Below, piece by piece: positions 26,278 to 35,773 of a stretch of 64,000 nt of DNA. The position numbers and the translations under genes were made by a program. The stretch is from a virus. Taxonomy: Duplodnaviria; Heunggongvirae; Uroviricota; Caudoviricetes. Under the pieces are notes generated by a model. The model ran no database searches and had not been told where the DNA came from. It saw nothing but the letters and a program-made list of their open reading frames with translations. The DNA lies in IMG/VR virus record IMGVR_UViG_2788500396_000001, positions 859 through 64,858 of that record. One strand, 5' to 3'. Within the stretch, counting starts at the first letter, position 1; each line of letters begins with the position of its first letter.

Positions 26278-26859
26278 GTGATTAGTTTTGAAACATTTTT
26301 TGTAGCTATTATTTCGATTGTAGTTGCCTATATATCAATCGTCATATCTTTAACATTAGAACGAATCAAGAAAGAAGAATTTCCAATAAAGAAATACCTG
26401 ATCTTGGTGAGCGTTGCGTTTTTTGGATTGGTAATTATGTCGAGCATCGTATATCATATTGGGAATTCAGAAAGTGCTAATATAACATCTAACAAATTCT
26501 TTCAGCCAGTCGTTGATTTTTTGTTAAATAGTAGGCTGTTCCCGTTTTATAGGCCTGAATTTTACCAAGACTACTTTGTGTTAGTGTATATTGTTGGCCT
26601 TGTTTCATTTAGTTGGCTTTCTATTGTTGCCTTTTCCCAAATGTTGCTATTTAATCCGGATATTTTTAAAACTATAGTGGTTGTATGCCTCTTTTTTATA
26701 TTTTCTTTTGTAGCCATAAATGTGGAGTTCTTGGTGTCGTCGTTTATATATAATGTTCTTTCTTGGATTGATATTTGGGTTGTGGTTGTTGGAAACATAT
26801 TGGTTAATCTCATTATAGGCGGAGCTATAGTTTATCTGTTTGTTAGAACGCTTGACTAA
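26278..26859 (+). CDS. polytopic membrane protein (about 6 TM)
   Basis: GTG start with AAGGGAG 8 nt upstream. The sequence is hydrophobic throughout. Lone sizeable plus-strand gene. Confidence 0.55.
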   Translation: MISFETFFVAIISIVVAYISIVISLTLERIKKEEFPIKKYLILVSVAFFGLVIMSSIVYHIGNSESANITSNKFFQPVVDFLLNSRLFPFYRPEFYQDYFVLVYIVGLVSFSWLSIVAFSQMLLFNPDIFKTIVVVCLFFIFSFVAINVEFLVSSFIYNVLSWIDIWVVVVGNILVNLIIGGAIVYLFVRTLD

Positions 26860-26860
26860 T

Positions 26861-27106
26861 TTACTTGCTTTTTATGAGTTCAAGCCGATCGGCTGCAGCG
26901 ACTAATAAGTCTTTTGGAACAAAGCACGATGAGCCCATCTTTCCGTTCCTGTGCGTTGCTCCATATCTCCTGAGCTCGTCGATCAATTGTTGTGTGCTCC
27001 CCTCATACTGGGGTTGGAAATATTCTCCACAAGTAGAGCAATAATAAGCCCCAAAGTATGAATTATATGACACCAGATTCCCGCATTTTTTGCAGAGCAA
27101 CATCAT
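26861..27106 (-). CDS. zinc-ribbon protein
   Basis: CKKCG...CSTCG. The ATG at 27106 has GGAGGT 4 nt upstream. Confidence 0.45.
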   Translation of the reverse strand: MMLLCKKCGNLVSYNSYFGAYYCSTCGEYFQPQYEGSTQQLIDELRRYGATHRNGKMGSSCFVPKDLLVAAADRLELIKSK

Positions 27107-27108
27107 AC

Positions 27109-27870
27109 TTACCTCCAGTAACAATAGAGGCACCGGTGCCCACACCGATTCTTATGAGAAAGAAGTTCAGTCTTCCCGGCATAACACAAACAATTTCTTC
27201 TTTGGTGCCCTGTAGGCATATCTTCTGGTTCCAAGCCAAGCAACTGCAGGTCATATGCCGATATACAACCACATTGCAGAGCATGAGTTAGCCCAGGTTC
27301 CGCACATGACTCAAGCCGTAAAGAGCAACCGTGTCCATTTGTCTCCCAGAAGAGCCTGGCACAAGCAAGCAGCTCATCCACCATCTCGACCTGTACAGGC
27401 AACGGTGAAAAACGATTTTCTCCGTAGGGGAGAGGAAGGCCTGCGTCAACAAACCGAGATCTTACATGCGGGTACATATCAATAATGCTTACCCGAAACC
27501 TATTGAATCCATTTTCGATGAACGATGTAAAGACGTTGTATGCGGTTTCGATGCCTTTAACTGTTGGTACAATAGGGTCAACACGAATAACAACTTTCTC
27601 TTTCGGGAAACCGCTCTCAATTAAGCGAATGAGAGCATCATAGTTGTCATATGGATAGGGAACACAGGGTTCTAATACAGTTCCTCCATAGCCGGTAAAT
27701 GTAGCATGTACAATTACCTTATCTTTGTTGCGCAATACAGCATCGTAGAAAGAAGGAGAGATGCATTTTGTGATCAGTATTGCGCCATCGACCGCTGAAA
27801 GCTTTGGCTCCCAAGAAAGGTCAAGACCGGCGTCTCCGGCTTCTGTAATTCCAATTTTATATTTTGGCAT
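27109..27870 (-). CDS. Fe-S-type protein with C-terminal Cys cluster (DUF1848-like)
   Basis: 253 aa. C-terminal CGC...CLC...CGHRCLYCYW. Function unknown. Confidence 0.35.
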   Translation of the reverse strand: MPKYKIGITEAGDAGLDLSWEPKLSAVDGAILITKCISPSFYDAVLRNKDKVIVHATFTGYGGTVLEPCVPYPYDNYDALIRLIESGFPKEKVVIRVDPIVPTVKGIETAYNVFTSFIENGFNRFRVSIIDMYPHVRSRFVDAGLPLPYGENRFSPLPVQVEMVDELLACARLFWETNGHGCSLRLESCAEPGLTHALQCGCISAYDLQLLGLEPEDMPTGHQRRNCLCYAGKTELLSHKNRCGHRCLYCYWR

Positions 27871-27893
27871 TATGAAAATTCACCACTTTGTTT

Positions 27894-28184
27894 CTATATT
27901 GTCATGTTGGTAAATTGATCACTCAACAGGATGGCGCGGCCATCTACCCAAGCGTAAATAGATCCATATGTTGTATCGTAAAATGAATCACCGCCATTGA
28001 GATGAATTCCAGTTCTGTGAATATATTCTGTTGCAGATTTTTCTCTTTGAGTTCTGAGTAAATTTATTTTTTCTTTCAGTATAGCAAGATCTCGCTCTAT
28101 CTCTATGGCAAGGGGCTCGCACGAGTTTGGGACTCCTAGAACCTTATGTGATATCATTAAACTGTTGATATTTGTATAAGACAT
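27894..28184 (-). CDS. hypothetical protein
   Basis: 96-aa ORF. Confidence 0.4.
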   Translation of the reverse strand: MSYTNINSLMISHKVLGVPNSCEPLAIEIERDLAILKEKINLLRTQREKSATEYIHRTGIHLNGGDSFYDTTYGSIYAWVDGRAILLSDQFTNMTI

Positions 28185-28332
28185 ATATTCTCCTCTTCTT
28201 GTTTTTTGATTTTCTGTACGCCCATCTTGCGCAAGACCTGATCTTTTTGGATGACCAATCTGGATGCTTAGCTTTGATTCTGGCGTATATAAACATAAAA
28301 AGATCGATTTTCATAACTATAAAATCTACCTT

Positions 28333-28626
28333 TTACATTCCTTTCTTATCTCTATAATTGATAAGATGATGAGCAACAGATATTGCTTTCTCATCGTAGA
28401 GGGGGAGGTTGTATCCAGTAGATGGGTCAAAATCCTTGTATGCCTCAGCATAACAACACTGCTTTGCTATCTCCGGATATTGGTCCTGCAATTGCTTCAG
28501 CTCGACCGCCCAAGCCGCCCAAGTAGAGTCTGGGATTAGGTTATCGTTCAACCGATAATAGATAATGCTATGGACTAAGATCTGGCGGCGGCGACGCCCG
28601 ATCAGCTCTTTTATTTTTTCATCCAT
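28333..28626 (-). CDS. hypothetical protein
   Basis: 97-aa ORF. Confidence 0.4.
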   Translation of the reverse strand: MDEKIKELIGRRRRQILVHSIIYYRLNDNLIPDSTWAAWAVELKQLQDQYPEIAKQCCYAEAYKDFDPSTGYNLPLYDEKAISVAHHLINYRDKKGM

Positions 28627-29135
28627 GATTTTGCAGTACGTAAAAAATCTTCTTTTTCAATTTCATATATTTTGTCATCGTGTAAATTACCTGCTAAATC
28701 CTTAGCCCTTTTTCGTCTCACTCCAATAACTCTTCCGCCAAATTTTTTACACAATCTATCGTAGCTTTTCTCTGCCGGATTTCCACAAACCACACTCCAT
28801 TCAATCACATTCATTCCAAATTTAACAAAACAATCACATATTACCTGCCATATCGCTTTACCAAATGTATACTTGTCGTTTGAAAAATTGATAGCTCCAA
28901 ACCACATTGCAACTCTTATGTCAGTATCAACAGAATATCCTATATACCCTAAGAGTTCATCGCTGTCGTTTAATACGGCAAAATATCTTTTTTGATATCC
29001 GTCAGATCCATCTCCTATAAAAAAGTCATGCCGTTCGCATCCACCAAAATAATATTGGTACTTTTCATCGTACCAAACTTCCCACATTTTTCTCCGTATT
29101 TGCTCTTCATAAATCTTTGCATTTACTAATTTCAT
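28611..29135 (-). CDS. possible GNAT-family acetyltransferase
   Basis: C-terminal NPAEKSYDRLCKKFGGRVIG resembles GNAT motif A. Weak call. Confidence 0.3.
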   Translation of the reverse strand: MKLVNAKIYEEQIRRKMWEVWYDEKYQYYFGGCERHDFFIGDGSDGYQKRYFAVLNDSDELLGYIGYSVDTDIRVAMWFGAINFSNDKYTFGKAIWQVICDCFVKFGMNVIEWSVVCGNPAEKSYDRLCKKFGGRVIGVRRKRAKDLAGNLHDDKIYEIEKEDFLRTAKSWMKK

Positions 29136-29315
29136 AAAACTATCCTCTTATTGGCCTTCATACTCTTCATACAAAAAGTTATAGTGTATTAGTGTTTGAT
29201 AATTCCTGAGACATATATCGCACTTCCGTGTTTCTCTTATCACGATCTCCGAAGCATTATATGCCTACGATCCATCGTTTTTAAAATATACTTCCATATC
29301 ATTTCTCCTTTTAAT

Positions 29316-29666
29316 TTATTGCGGAGTGTACTTGCCAGAACGCGAGACAGACTCTACATGGCCAGAACGCACGTCATTCATGAAGATATCACTATATTCC
29401 ACTTTGTACGCGAACCTGCTTCCAAAATACACGAAGCACGGCTGATCGCAGTTCAAAGGAATAAACACATAGGTATTTTCAGTGGTCATGGCTTGGCCTC
29501 CAATGCCACCAAATCCCAAAGCAGTGCTGCCCCATGTCTGTTCAAAAACATACACATCAAAATCGTCTATATGCGCATGCCGATCTCTAGCATAATCAAA
29601 ACGACAAGGGAGATCTTCTTCAATATTGAGAAGTTGCTTTGCCATACGAGTTAATTTGTTAGACAT
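29316..29666 (-). CDS. hypothetical protein
   Basis: 116-aa ORF. Confidence 0.4.
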   Translation of the reverse strand: MSNKLTRMAKQLLNIEEDLPCRFDYARDRHAHIDDFDVYVFEQTWGSTALGFGGIGGQAMTTENTYVFIPLNCDQPCFVYFGSRFAYKVEYSDIFMNDVRSGHVESVSRSGKYTPQ

Positions 29667-29678
29667 ACGTACCTCCTA

Positions 29679-29957
29679 TTACGAACCGCACTTATTCCAT
29701 TCATCTACTGCCTCTTCTAGCGTGTCAAACACGAGGCCACCAAGCGTTTCGTTATCTCCGTCTGTACAAAGAATACATTCGCCCCATCCTTCATGGTGCA
29801 GGCCATAAGTAAGGCCGCTCCATGGATCGGACTCATATTCACAGCCAATACGACCTTTATAATTCCCTTCATCATCATGCACACCGATATAAACAACGTC
29901 CTTTTTGCAGAACGGACAAGTATGGAGATCAACCTGTCTATCTCTCATTTTTATCAT
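29679..29957 (-). CDS. hypothetical Cys-rich protein
   Basis: 92 aa. ATGA overlap with the next gene. Confidence 0.4.
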   Translation of the reverse strand: MIKMRDRQVDLHTCPFCKKDVVYIGVHDDEGNYKGRIGCEYESDPWSGLTYGLHHEGWGECILCTDGDNETLGGLVFDTLEEAVDEWNKCGS

Positions 29958-30667
29958 CCTCCATTTTTAAATCTTTCGGCCAACTCAAACACGCTCTTCC
30001 CAACGCCCTTCATCGGGCGCTCTGTTTTCTTTTGTAGGGCTTCTAAACGGCTCCAGTATTCTGGTAGGTACGTGTAGATGTTCCGCAGCTCCTTCAGGTT
30101 CTTATTTGAACAACACCAGCAGGAAACCCGATCCAGGATGTCATAAAGTCTGACGAGGCCTCTTTCCGTTTCTTCCTCCCAGAAGAAGCCCCTGTCATAG
30201 CAATATCTGAGGCAGTCCGCCTCTGTCATTCCGCGTATTGCAAGCGGGAAGATCTTGTTCCCGACCCGTTCTTTCTCTAGCCGGACCTTTTCATCCGCAG
30301 CGATCCCCACATACTCAGCGGAACCTTTGCAGTATCGCTCTACAACAGAGAGCTTGTCTCTCGTTCCCCAGCGGCATCTTCCGCCGCACCAAGAGTAACC
30401 ATAGTGGAAGCCATTCCTGCCGTTTACGGGTTTCTCAAACATCTTCCACTCGAAGTCGTACATAGGTTTTAGGATAGTAAACACTATGCCCTTCTCGTCC
30501 AACAGTTTTTTGACTTGATCTCTAATTTTGTAGATGGCCGAGAACTCCATCCCCGTATCATAGAACACAACTTCGTCCAGCGGCCAACCTTCCTCCATGA
30601 GCAACAGCAACATTGCCAAGCTGTCCTTGCCAAAACTTACACTTGCTATGTGCTTCACACCGACCAC
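29954..30667 (-). CDS. PAPS-reductase-family PP-loop protein
   Basis: N-terminal SFGKDS (SGGKDS PP-loop), 237 aa. Gene is GC-enriched. Confidence 0.55.
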   Translation of the reverse strand: MVGVKHIASVSFGKDSLAMLLLLMEEGWPLDEVVFYDTGMEFSAIYKIRDQVKKLLDEKGIVFTILKPMYDFEWKMFEKPVNGRNGFHYGYSWCGGRCRWGTRDKLSVVERYCKGSAEYVGIAADEKVRLEKERVGNKIFPLAIRGMTEADCLRYCYDRGFFWEEETERGLVRLYDILDRVSCWCCSNKNLKELRNIYTYLPEYWSRLEALQKKTERPMKGVGKSVFELAERFKNGG

Positions 30668-30796
30668 AAACCAAGCTGGATGCGGTCAACAGCTTAATCC
30701 TCCCATGCTACCGGCCTATAGGGCTTTCACGCAGCAACAAGCGGTTTTACGCCGGACTTATCAATCCTCCGGCAACCTGGTCTACCAGGATTGGTG

Positions 30797-31117
30797 TTAG
30801 CTCCTTTCTCTGTTCTTTTTGCAGAAATCTTGAATCTGCTCAAACTCTTTATTTTTTTCTGCTTCTCGTTCTAAGTATTCATCAATTCGGTTCAATGCCC
30901 ATTGCAATCTGCTCGATTCAGTCCAACCAGATCCAATCACAATTTCCTCATCAACTATTTTTTTCTTTTTGAAGAATATGCCAAACGTCTTTTCTTTTTG
31001 AACAACTTCCGACACGCTCACAAAAGGCAACCCAAAATAAGCTTCAGTCCAAAACTCTATTTTAAAGATTCTGCCTTGAACTGTAGTGTAGCCAGTCTGC
31101 AAATCTAACTTTTTCAT
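30797..31117 (-). CDS. hypothetical protein
   Basis: 106-aa ORF. Confidence 0.4.
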   Translation of the reverse strand: MKKLDLQTGYTTVQGRIFKIEFWTEAYFGLPFVSVSEVVQKEKTFGIFFKKKKIVDEEIVIGSGWTESSRLQWALNRIDEYLEREAEKNKEFEQIQDFCKKNRERS

Positions 31118-31124
31118 AAATCAC

Positions 31125-31451
31125 TCACCCATAGAAGAGTCCAAGTGCCATTAAATAAAGCATCTTTTGGATATCCGGATCATCAAGATTCGTCCCCGTG
31201 TATTCGAAAGTATCTGAATCCATTTCAAGGCTTGCTACGACTCCATCCGGGCCAACTTTTTCAAACTTGGTTTTATCCCCTCCGTCAACATAAGAAAATT
31301 CCCAGCTGTAGTCGTTCATCTTAATTCCATTTGTTGTATTCAATACTTTTGTAAAAAGAATCGAAACCTTTTCAAGAATAGTTTCATCATCATCGCATTC
31401 TTGAATTCCCGCAAATCTCATCATGTGTCTAATGTCAAAATTATTATACAT
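31125..31451 (-). CDS. hypothetical protein
   Basis: 108-aa ORF. Confidence 0.4.
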   Translation of the reverse strand: MYNNFDIRHMMRFAGIQECDDDETILEKVSILFTKVLNTTNGIKMNDYSWEFSYVDGGDKTKFEKVGPDGVVASLEMDSDTFEYTGTNLDDPDIQKMLYLMALGLFYG

Positions 31452-31510
31452 AAACCCTCCAATAAGTATAAAAAGGAGAACCCCGCCCCAACGGCAGGGC
31501 TCTCAAAACA

Positions 31511-32464
31511 TTACTCTACGTTCTTCACGCCCGGATTTACGATCACACTAGCACTTTCTCCAGCCTGCACAGTAGGCAACTTGCCGTCCCACTTATCGAT
31601 CCACATCTGCTGGATATACGCATCAGGCATATTCTGCAGGGCCTCACGAGTGATGCGCATTGCCTCAGCTTCGCCCTGGGCTCGAGCAATAGCGGCATTG
31701 GCCTCAATCTTTGCCACTTCGGCCTCCTGCTCAGCCTTCACAACAGCCGTCTTCTTCTCCTGTTCTGCACGCAGCGCATCCTGTTCGGCCGTCATCTTAG
31801 CCTCTACGGACGCCTCAAAAGCATCAGAAAAATCAATGTCCTGTACGATGACGGACGTAAAAGTCACATGATACAGATCCTCAAGAGTTTTAACCTCATC
31901 AGCAACCTCGGCAGACAGAGTGGAACGATTCTCCAAGAGGGTCATTGCACTATACTTTGCAAACACAATCTTTGCCTTTTCCTGCACAACGTTGTCGAGC
32001 TTGGTTTCCAGAATCTCATAGGAACCGTACTCTTTCGCTACATCCATGACTCGATCAGGATTCAGAGCATACTGGAATTCGATGGATGCGGTCATGGGCT
32101 GTGCATCCTGCGTATAAGATGCAAACTGAGCCTGGCGAATGTGTACGCGAAGGTCATACTTAGTTACGGTGTCAGAAATGGGGTTCACCAAATTAAGACC
32201 AGAGGTAATCTTACCGTTGATCTCTCCAAAAGTACGGACAACGCCGACCTCAGTAGAGTCAATAATCTGGATTCCGCTCAGCAAAAAGGCCACTACGAGG
32301 ATAACAGCCAAAATACCTGGAATGATCAAGCGTAACCGGCCAAACACTTTTACATATTCTTGGTCGGCCGAGCTCCTTGAATTTGAACAATACTTCTTTG
32401 CGGCGCTGAACAAACAGAACGCCACGACGCCCAGCACAATAAGGACGACCATCAGAACAATCAT
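31511..32464 (-). CDS. SPFH/band-7 (stomatin/HflC-like) membrane protein
   Basis: N-terminal TM segment, TEVGVVRTFGEINGKITSGLNLVNP core, C-terminal Ala/Glu-rich coiled coil. Confidence 0.7.
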   Translation of the reverse strand: MIVLMVVLIVLGVVAFCLFSAAKKYCSNSRSSADQEYVKVFGRLRLIIPGILAVILVVAFLLSGIQIIDSTEVGVVRTFGEINGKITSGLNLVNPISDTVTKYDLRVHIRQAQFASYTQDAQPMTASIEFQYALNPDRVMDVAKEYGSYEILETKLDNVVQEKAKIVFAKYSAMTLLENRSTLSAEVADEVKTLEDLYHVTFTSVIVQDIDFSDAFEASVEAKMTAEQDALRAEQEKKTAVVKAEQEAEVAKIEANAAIARAQGEAEAMRITREALQNMPDAYIQQMWIDKWDGKLPTVQAGESASVIVNPGVKNVE

Positions 32465-32519
32465 ACTTTTACTCCTTGTTTTTAATATTTAATGAAGGCA
32501 TATGCCAATCATTACACAA

Positions 32520-33371
32520 TTACAATAGGCTTTCGATATAGCTACGATCCTGCGTAAAAATAGGGATGTCAATATCAATAAGCCACCGGCTTCGGATCAC
32601 CTCAGTCTCCTCACCAGTTTTTCTGTTTTTTACAATCGCAGACTCTCTTACTTTTCTACAGGCAGAACCGCGTTTATAAGCAATAGGGAAGTCATTCCAA
32701 TTGATTCCCTTTTCAATAAACAACATATCCTGAATCTGGTTGCAGGATTTCCCATGGAGTTGCTTCGCGCTGAAATATGCTTGGCCAACAGACTCAATGC
32801 TATTTCTTGTGGCGTCTTGTTGTCTCCAAATCAAACAATTGCAAACCTCTTCTTTTGGGATTGAAAATACACGCGAATCAAACATTGCAGAAGAAAATTT
32901 ACTGCAGTATATGTCCGCCATCTTGATAAGCGCGGGATCTACAGGCTGATTAGTGCCACCTTCATCCCAACCAGGAAGATGATCCCGACCCCACTCATCA
33001 ACATTTTCAGAAAAGAATTTATTGAATGCCAGCGTTGCCATGCTTGCGCTTACGCTACACATTTTCTGGACGTTGTAACCAAACCATGCATCTGTAGTGA
33101 TGGTTGCATAATCAGTGAGAATGAGAGTGATTTCATCAGATTGCGTATATCCGAACACACAACCCTGCACATTCTCACACAGATACTTCATTGTCTGCCT
33201 CATGCTTTTAAGGAGAACTTCATCAAAAGGTCTTTCCATTCCTCTTGTAAAAGTGTGGAATGCTTTTCCATCAACACGGACAATGACGGGAACTCGTCGT
33301 GTTAAATAGTTTCTTTGGATATTTTCGTATCCTTTCATCCGATCTCCGAGAGAGTCTTTCTTGTTGCTCAC
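32520..33371 (-). CDS. Thg1-like protein (tRNA-His guanylyltransferase family 3'-5' polymerase)
   Basis: LGDRMKGYE, VIVRVDGKAFHTFTRG, GYTQSDEITLIL and RQQDATRN align with Thg1 signature regions. GTG start with AAGGAGA 6 nt upstream. Confidence 0.75.
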   Translation of the reverse strand: MSNKKDSLGDRMKGYENIQRNYLTRRVPVIVRVDGKAFHTFTRGMERPFDEVLLKSMRQTMKYLCENVQGCVFGYTQSDEITLILTDYATITTDAWFGYNVQKMCSVSASMATLAFNKFFSENVDEWGRDHLPGWDEGGTNQPVDPALIKMADIYCSKFSSAMFDSRVFSIPKEEVCNCLIWRQQDATRNSIESVGQAYFSAKQLHGKSCNQIQDMLFIEKGINWNDFPIAYKRGSACRKVRESAIVKNRKTGEETEVIRSRWLIDIDIPIFTQDRSYIESLL

Positions 33372-33386
33372 ATTGATTCTCCTTTA

Positions 33387-33674
33387 TTATTTTTGACTTT
33401 CAATAACAGTAACGGTACCTTCAAACATCCCCCAAGCACTAGATTGCTCAAAAACATAAGTTTCTGCAAATTCATCAGCTCGCATAGGACGGGTTAAGTA
33501 CCACAGAGAATCATCCTTCCATGTAATCATTTCGAGCTTTTCACCAGGATCGAGTTCAACGACCATATCGCCGCCAAAATTCTTCACCATTTCCTGAGTA
33601 GTGCAACTAGTTAAAAATAGCGAAGCTACCAAAGCAATGCAAACAAACAAAATCAAAATTTTTTTATTCAGCAT
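33387..33674 (-). CDS. lipoprotein (signal peptide + lipobox LTSC)
   Basis: MLNKKILILFVCIALVASLFLTSC. Confidence 0.5.
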   Translation of the reverse strand: MLNKKILILFVCIALVASLFLTSCTTQEMVKNFGGDMVVELDPGEKLEMITWKDDSLWYLTRPMRADEFAETYVFEQSSAWGMFEGTVTVIESQK

Positions 33675-33692
33675 CTTATAATTGAACTCCTT

Positions 33693-34145
33693 TTATTGTT
33701 TTTGATAAATCACCACATCCAAATTATCAAGATATAGATGAATCAAATCAGATACAATTTCCCATTTTCCGTTCGCTAATCCGCACCCAATCCCGTGCGG
33801 TATTGCAATTGTTTTACTTTGGCATCGGTCTGCAATAGATCTTAGACATGTCTCAAAATGCGAATAGCTTGTATAGCATATATGATGGCAACGTCCATAA
33901 TTCAATTGAGCAAAAATATTCGCAACATATCTTCCATCTCCAATGGAGACGTACTGGACTTTCCCCATCAGATCATATGGCGTAGTAAACTTATTGCAGT
34001 ATTTGTGGTATTCTGTTTTCACAACAGGCCATTTAGTGTAAATAGCTTTAGCTAATCCGGAACCCATTACATTTTGACAGTTTACTTGCTGGACAATGAT
34101 GTCCTCATTAGAGTTTAAAATATCTCCCGTAATGTACCTAATCAT
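33693..34145 (-). CDS. macro-domain protein (ADP-ribose / Appr-1''-p processing family)
   Basis: MIRYITGDILNSNEDIIVQQVNCQNVMGSGLAKAI matches the macro-domain N-terminus. The ATG at 34145 has GGAGG 4 nt upstream. Confidence 0.65.
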   Translation of the reverse strand: MIRYITGDILNSNEDIIVQQVNCQNVMGSGLAKAIYTKWPVVKTEYHKYCNKFTTPYDLMGKVQYVSIGDGRYVANIFAQLNYGRCHHICYTSYSHFETCLRSIADRCQSKTIAIPHGIGCGLANGKWEIVSDLIHLYLDNLDVVIYQKQ

Positions 34146-34353
34146 CTTTCCTCCAAAGACCATCAAATGAATCATCGACACTATAGTTTTTCATACAGGT
34201 TGGGCACGTTAGATGCGATACCGCGCGACGAGATCTTCCTGTTTTAACTAAATGTCCATACTCAATTCTTGTTTCTTCTTCTATAAACCAGATCGGGATC
34301 AACGAATCTCCGCAGTATTCACACACACCGTAGCGATCACCATTACTCGCCAT
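34138..34353 (-). CDS. small zinc-ribbon protein
   Basis: CEYCG...CPTC, 71 aa. Confidence 0.4.
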   Translation of the reverse strand: MASNGDRYGVCEYCGDSLIPIWFIEEETRIEYGHLVKTGRSRRAVSHLTCPTCMKNYSVDDSFDGLWRKDD

Positions 34354-34759
34354 ATGTGATATAACGCCCCTCTCGTTCGGCTGCCGATATCATCTCGATC
34401 ACACGGCTAATGCCAAGCGACTCAATCTGCTCCTTCAGAAGGTAATCAATAGAATCCGGGTTCACTGATCTATCATCCCAATATTCATTTGCCCCGATTT
34501 TACGCGGGGAGTTACCAAACCCTTTCTTCCATTCATCCGTACTATCGTTAACAGCAGAGAAGTACAGACCATGTTCTGCGCACGCAGCAAGAGCATCGTC
34601 TAGAAGCTTTCCTTCCCGGCACGTCCAGAGAACCAAGTCCGCTCCATTGAGCTGTTCCTCCAGCGCCTTTTCGATAACACGCATCCTAGGCTCTCCAATC
34701 GAGGGGAACCTGTTCTCAAAAAGCGTTCCGTCAAAATCTATCGCAATAACCTTATTCAT
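34343..34759 (-). CDS. HAD-family phosphatase (small, DxDGT motif)
   Basis: IAIDFDGTL motif I, 138 aa. Confidence 0.5.
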   Translation of the reverse strand: MNKVIAIDFDGTLFENRFPSIGEPRMRVIEKALEEQLNGADLVLWTCREGKLLDDALAACAEHGLYFSAVNDSTDEWKKGFGNSPRKIGANEYWDDRSVNPDSIDYLLKEQIESLGISRVIEMISAAEREGRYITYGE

Positions 34760-34983
34760 TGATCATCCTCCGCTCCCATAATTGCTTCACATGCGGGGCA
34801 TCTTATGCTGTTTGCTGTCCAAATTCCCACCGGATACCCACAGTTCGTACAATTCCATATTGATTGACCAGTGGAACGAGATAAATCCAATTGAATCTCC
34901 CATTTTGCATGAATAACAGGAGCGTAAATCATCTTATTTGCGCCGCTTATTAGGACTAACAACAAAAGACCATTCATACACAT
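34756..34983 (-). CDS. small zinc-ribbon protein
   Basis: CTNCG...CPAC. Start likely at an internal ATG. Confidence 0.35.
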   Translation of the reverse strand: MCMNGLLLLVLISGANKMIYAPVIHAKWEIQLDLSRSTGQSIWNCTNCGYPVGIWTANSIRCPACEAIMGAEDDQ

Positions 34984-35632
34984 CGTCTACATACAGTAGA
35001 TCAGCCCAACACACCTTTCCACCATATTCACGACCCTTCTCGTGTGGGCACTTGCGTTTGTCATAAAAATCTTCTCCGCAAATAGAGCATTGAACTTTGT
35101 TGACTGCACAACCAACACTTATCTCTTTCTTGATCCCATTCTCAATTTCTTCAATCAGTGGTTTGGTATATTCAGATTTGACGATATACGCATATCCTTT
35201 TAGGTAACAGAGAGGGTCTCCAGCAACCGTAATGGTTGTTTCATCTGTTACTAATTCAGTCTTAAAAATGCGGGCATTTTGCCGTGATGTAATCCACTGA
35301 TGATCAAAGATTCCACTCATGCCGATAAACATAGAAGCCAATTCATTTAGCGTGTCTACGGGGAATCGTTCGCTGTCACGATCAATTTCGTTGTCACATA
35401 AGCGGATAGAGAAAACATACACTTCGTCCGCAGAAAGTGGACGATGGCTTATTTTGTTGATTAGATTCAGATTATCAGCACTAACTGCCTGTTCACTGGT
35501 TTCGGTTCCTGTACTTGCTTCCAAAAACTGAATTGCCTGTGTCACACAGTCAGAAAAAAATGCGCCAATCTTCTCGGTCAAAAAATCTGTGTTGCAAGAT
35601 CGTAGCCCATCGATAATTTCTTTTTTAGTCAT
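34934..35632 (-). CDS. hypothetical protein
   Basis: 232 aa, C-terminal Cys cluster. Confidence 0.45.
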   Translation of the reverse strand: MTKKEIIDGLRSCNTDFLTEKIGAFFSDCVTQAIQFLEASTGTETSEQAVSADNLNLINKISHRPLSADEVYVFSIRLCDNEIDRDSERFPVDTLNELASMFIGMSGIFDHQWITSRQNARIFKTELVTDETTITVAGDPLCYLKGYAYIVKSEYTKPLIEEIENGIKKEISVGCAVNKVQCSICGEDFYDKRKCPHEKGREYGGKVCWADLLYVDDVYEWSFVVSPNKRRK

Positions 35633-35773
35633 TGATCTTTCCTTTACAAACCCTTTATTTCTTCTTCCACTTATCGCAGCTGAAGCATGGCTTTAGCGAT
35701 ACACCAAGCATCGGACTGTTCTTATTGGTACATTTACCGTTCTGGCACCAAAAACAAGTTTCACATTTCTCCA

